A DNA stretch of 64,000 nt, from contig CM059430.1 in assembly GCA_030390025.1 (NCBI GenBank), forward strand, positions 153,450,001 to 153,514,000. The letters are read 5' to 3'. This document shows positions 63,277-64,000 of this stretch, piece after piece. Origin of the DNA: Squalus acanthias (Eukaryota). Under the pieces are notes generated by a model. It was not told where the DNA came from and searched no databases. It saw only the letters and a list, made by a program, of their open reading frames with translations. Positions within the stretch are counted from its first letter, which is position 1. Every line of letters starts with the position of its first letter. Position numbers and translations under genes: made by a program.

Positions 63277-64000
63277 AGGTTGCCACATTGCCGTTGTAAG
63301 GATGGCACACAGAGTCCGTTTCTGCCAGCGGGGAGACGTTGAAGCCCGACTCCATCTTGTAGAGCTGTGGCCCGTTGTTGTTGGTGAAGTACTGGTAACT
63401 AGGGGCGCAGGGCCCCAACCTCTCACTGGGCAGTACGCCATTCTGCTTACAGGTGGCCTTTGAGGCTTGGCTGTCCCTGGTCCTCTCTCTACATTTCTTG
63501 AGTCCCAGATGGCATACTTCAATTAGGTTCAAAAGTAGTGACAGGCAAGCCATAACCAGCATGAATATAATGAAAATAGTCTTCTCAGTCGGGCGGGATA
63601 TGTAACAGTCGACGGTGTTAGGGCAAGGCCAGTAGTTACACTTGTAAAGAGGCTTCAGCTCAAAGCCGTAGAGATAGTACTGGGCCAATATGAAACCGAC
63701 TTCAAAGAGGGTTTTAAAAATGATATTAAACAAATAAGTGCGTAGAAGGACGCCTTGCATTCTAACTTTACCGTTTTCGTCCAGGGTCTGGCTTTTGATG
63801 TTCTTGGCATTCTGCACCAACGCCTCCTTGTCTCCGGGTGGATACCTGCTCAGCTTCTCTTTCTCCTTCTGCTTCTGTTTTTCCTCCATCCGCACCAAGT
63901 GAAAGATGTGGCCCAGGTAGACCAGCGTAGGGGTAGACACGAAGACGATCTGCAGCACCCAGAAGCGGATGTGGGAGATGGGGAAGATCCTGTCGTAGCA
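63275..64000 (-). CDS. Alpha-class gap junction protein (GJA3/Cx46-like, probably cx39.9/gja2-type); 5' end outside window, this frame ends at a premature TAA
   Basis: [31 protein letters not shown]...[19 protein letters not shown]...[23 protein letters not shown]: connexin signatures, intronless in the window. Confidence 0.93.
   Translation of the reverse strand, partial: CYDRIFPISHIRFWVLQIVFVSTPTLVYLGHIFHLVRMEEKQKQKEKEKLSRYPPGDKEALVQNAKNIKSQTLDENGKVRMQGVLLRTYLFNIIFKTLFEVGFILAQYYLYGFELKPLYKCNYWPCPNTVDCYISRPTEKTIFIIFMLVMACLSLLLNLIEVCHLGLKKCRERTRDSQASKATCKQNGVLPSERLGPCAPSYQYFTNNNGPQLYKMESGFNVSPLAETDSVCHPYNGNVAT

Noticed and set aside
63146-63463. 105-aa hydrophobic + strand ORF
   Set aside because: Antisense shadow of the connexin CDS

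Overview
Eukaryotic (vertebrate) genomic DNA; the repeat content (Deu-type SINE, CR1 LINEs, Penelope-like fragments, Harbinger-like MITEs) suggests a cartilaginous fish (shark). The + strand carries the 3' part of ZMYM3 as 14 phase-consistent coding exons (1267-37416; last MYM zinc fingers, Pro-rich region, DUF3504 domain). It includes a GC-AG intron, a duplicated splice acceptor forming a candidate poison micro-exon, and an intronic tRNA-Cys(GCA) with a nearby CTCF-like site. The right end holds an alpha-class (GJA3-like, probably cx39.9/gja2-type) connexin on the - strand with an apparent frameshift in its C-terminal tail. Between the two genes are traces of a possible decayed multi-exon gene on the - strand. 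Penelope-like insertions carry minimal hammerhead-ribozyme motifs, one inside a perfect 66-bp inverted repeat with a 14-bp target-site duplication (TSD). A 29-bp minisatellite has expanded inside a TA-flanked MITE. Most ORF-track entries are spurious or repeat-derived. Family assignments are from recall, not database searches, and repeat boundaries are approximate.
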